Below are positions 63,518 through 64,000 of a stretch of 64,000 nt of DNA, in pieces (position 1 is the first letter of the stretch; each line of letters begins with the position of its first letter). The DNA lies in contig ADNK01002342.1 of NCBI GenBank assembly GCA_000320545.1, forward strand, positions 1-64,000. Direction: 5' to 3'. A model generated the notes under the pieces. The model had not been told where the DNA came from and did not search any database. It was given only the letters and a program-made list of their open reading frames with translations. Source of the stretch: Bigelowiella natans CCMP2755 (lineage: Eukaryota; Protista; Cercozoa). Both the position numbers and the translations under genes were made by a program.

Positions 63518-64000
63518 GAGTTAGCCGTCGTCACCCCAGCGTCTCCGGGTACGTGTCGGCCATTCAGATCTACGACCGCTCTCGCTCATGAAAAGAGCTT
63601 AGAATTCAAACCCGAAAAAATCGAAAACGAAGCCATTTTCAAAACATTGTTGCTGGCTCTGGCCCACATTTTCTACTCCAGAAGCGTTCCTCGGAGTCGA
63701 CCGCTTCATACCAGAAAACACCATATATTTATTATCTAAATGCAGTCACAGAAGTAGAGCTTTATTTTAGGAAGTATTACCGAATTCACAGCACCCAACC
63801 ATCTACTGTACTATCAGCGCTTGGACTCCACTCCCATGGAGCAGACCCCGGATCCAGGGGGGGGCGGCATGAACAGGGGGGAATCTTCTCGGATTGGGGA
63901 GAAAAGGGGGAAAAAGAGGAGCCGTCCCGAAACTGGTCGAGTGTTGACATCTCGTTCTTTTGCTTAGACCTGTTTTGAAAGAGTTTGGTCGCTGAGCCCC

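Noticed and set aside
1-64000. Nucleomorph, organellar or prokaryotic origin; tRNA/rRNA/snRNA genes; telomeric repeats
   Set aside because: GC-rich exons and 50-350 nt introns do not fit a nucleomorph or a prokaryote. No structured RNA gene or telomere array was recognised by eye; an Infernal/tRNAscan run would be needed to exclude small RNAs.

Overview
This is eukaryotic, intron-rich nuclear DNA with canonical GT-AG introns and many microsatellites. It most likely comes from a chlorarachniophyte alga (Bigelowiella-like); this is inferred from the signal-peptide-plus-transit-peptide leader on an Fe-SOD and is not proven. By hand-splicing I reconstruct 13 protein-coding genes in this order: a 5'-truncated GRIPAP1/CCDC186-like coiled-coil gene (+), a mitochondrial adrenodoxin-type ferredoxin with an expanded Cys loop (-), plastid-targeted Fe-SOD (+), ISD11/LYRM4 (-), a ~26 kb, ~8,000-aa UBR4/BIG E3/E4 ligase in which I could not find a UBR box (+), a spinster-like MFS transporter (-), a conserved uncharacterised protist protein (+), PGS1 (-), a C20orf27/ADISSP (DUF4517)-like gene (+), an SLC35F5-like DMT transporter (-), organellar IF-3 (+), a PhyH-family dioxygenase (-) and a DOT1-like methyltransferase with a plastid-type leader (-). 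The most striking window-scale pattern is that the first 12 genes strictly alternate strand. The ~0.9-1.4 kb tail-to-tail spacers share a distinctive vocabulary of short palindromes (CTAG/(GCTA)n, TGCA, CATG, AGCT) that is much sparser in the head-to-head spacers, and one of them holds a nested inverted-repeat (MITE-like) element. All family assignments come from recognised motifs, not from database searches, and splice coordinates are manual.
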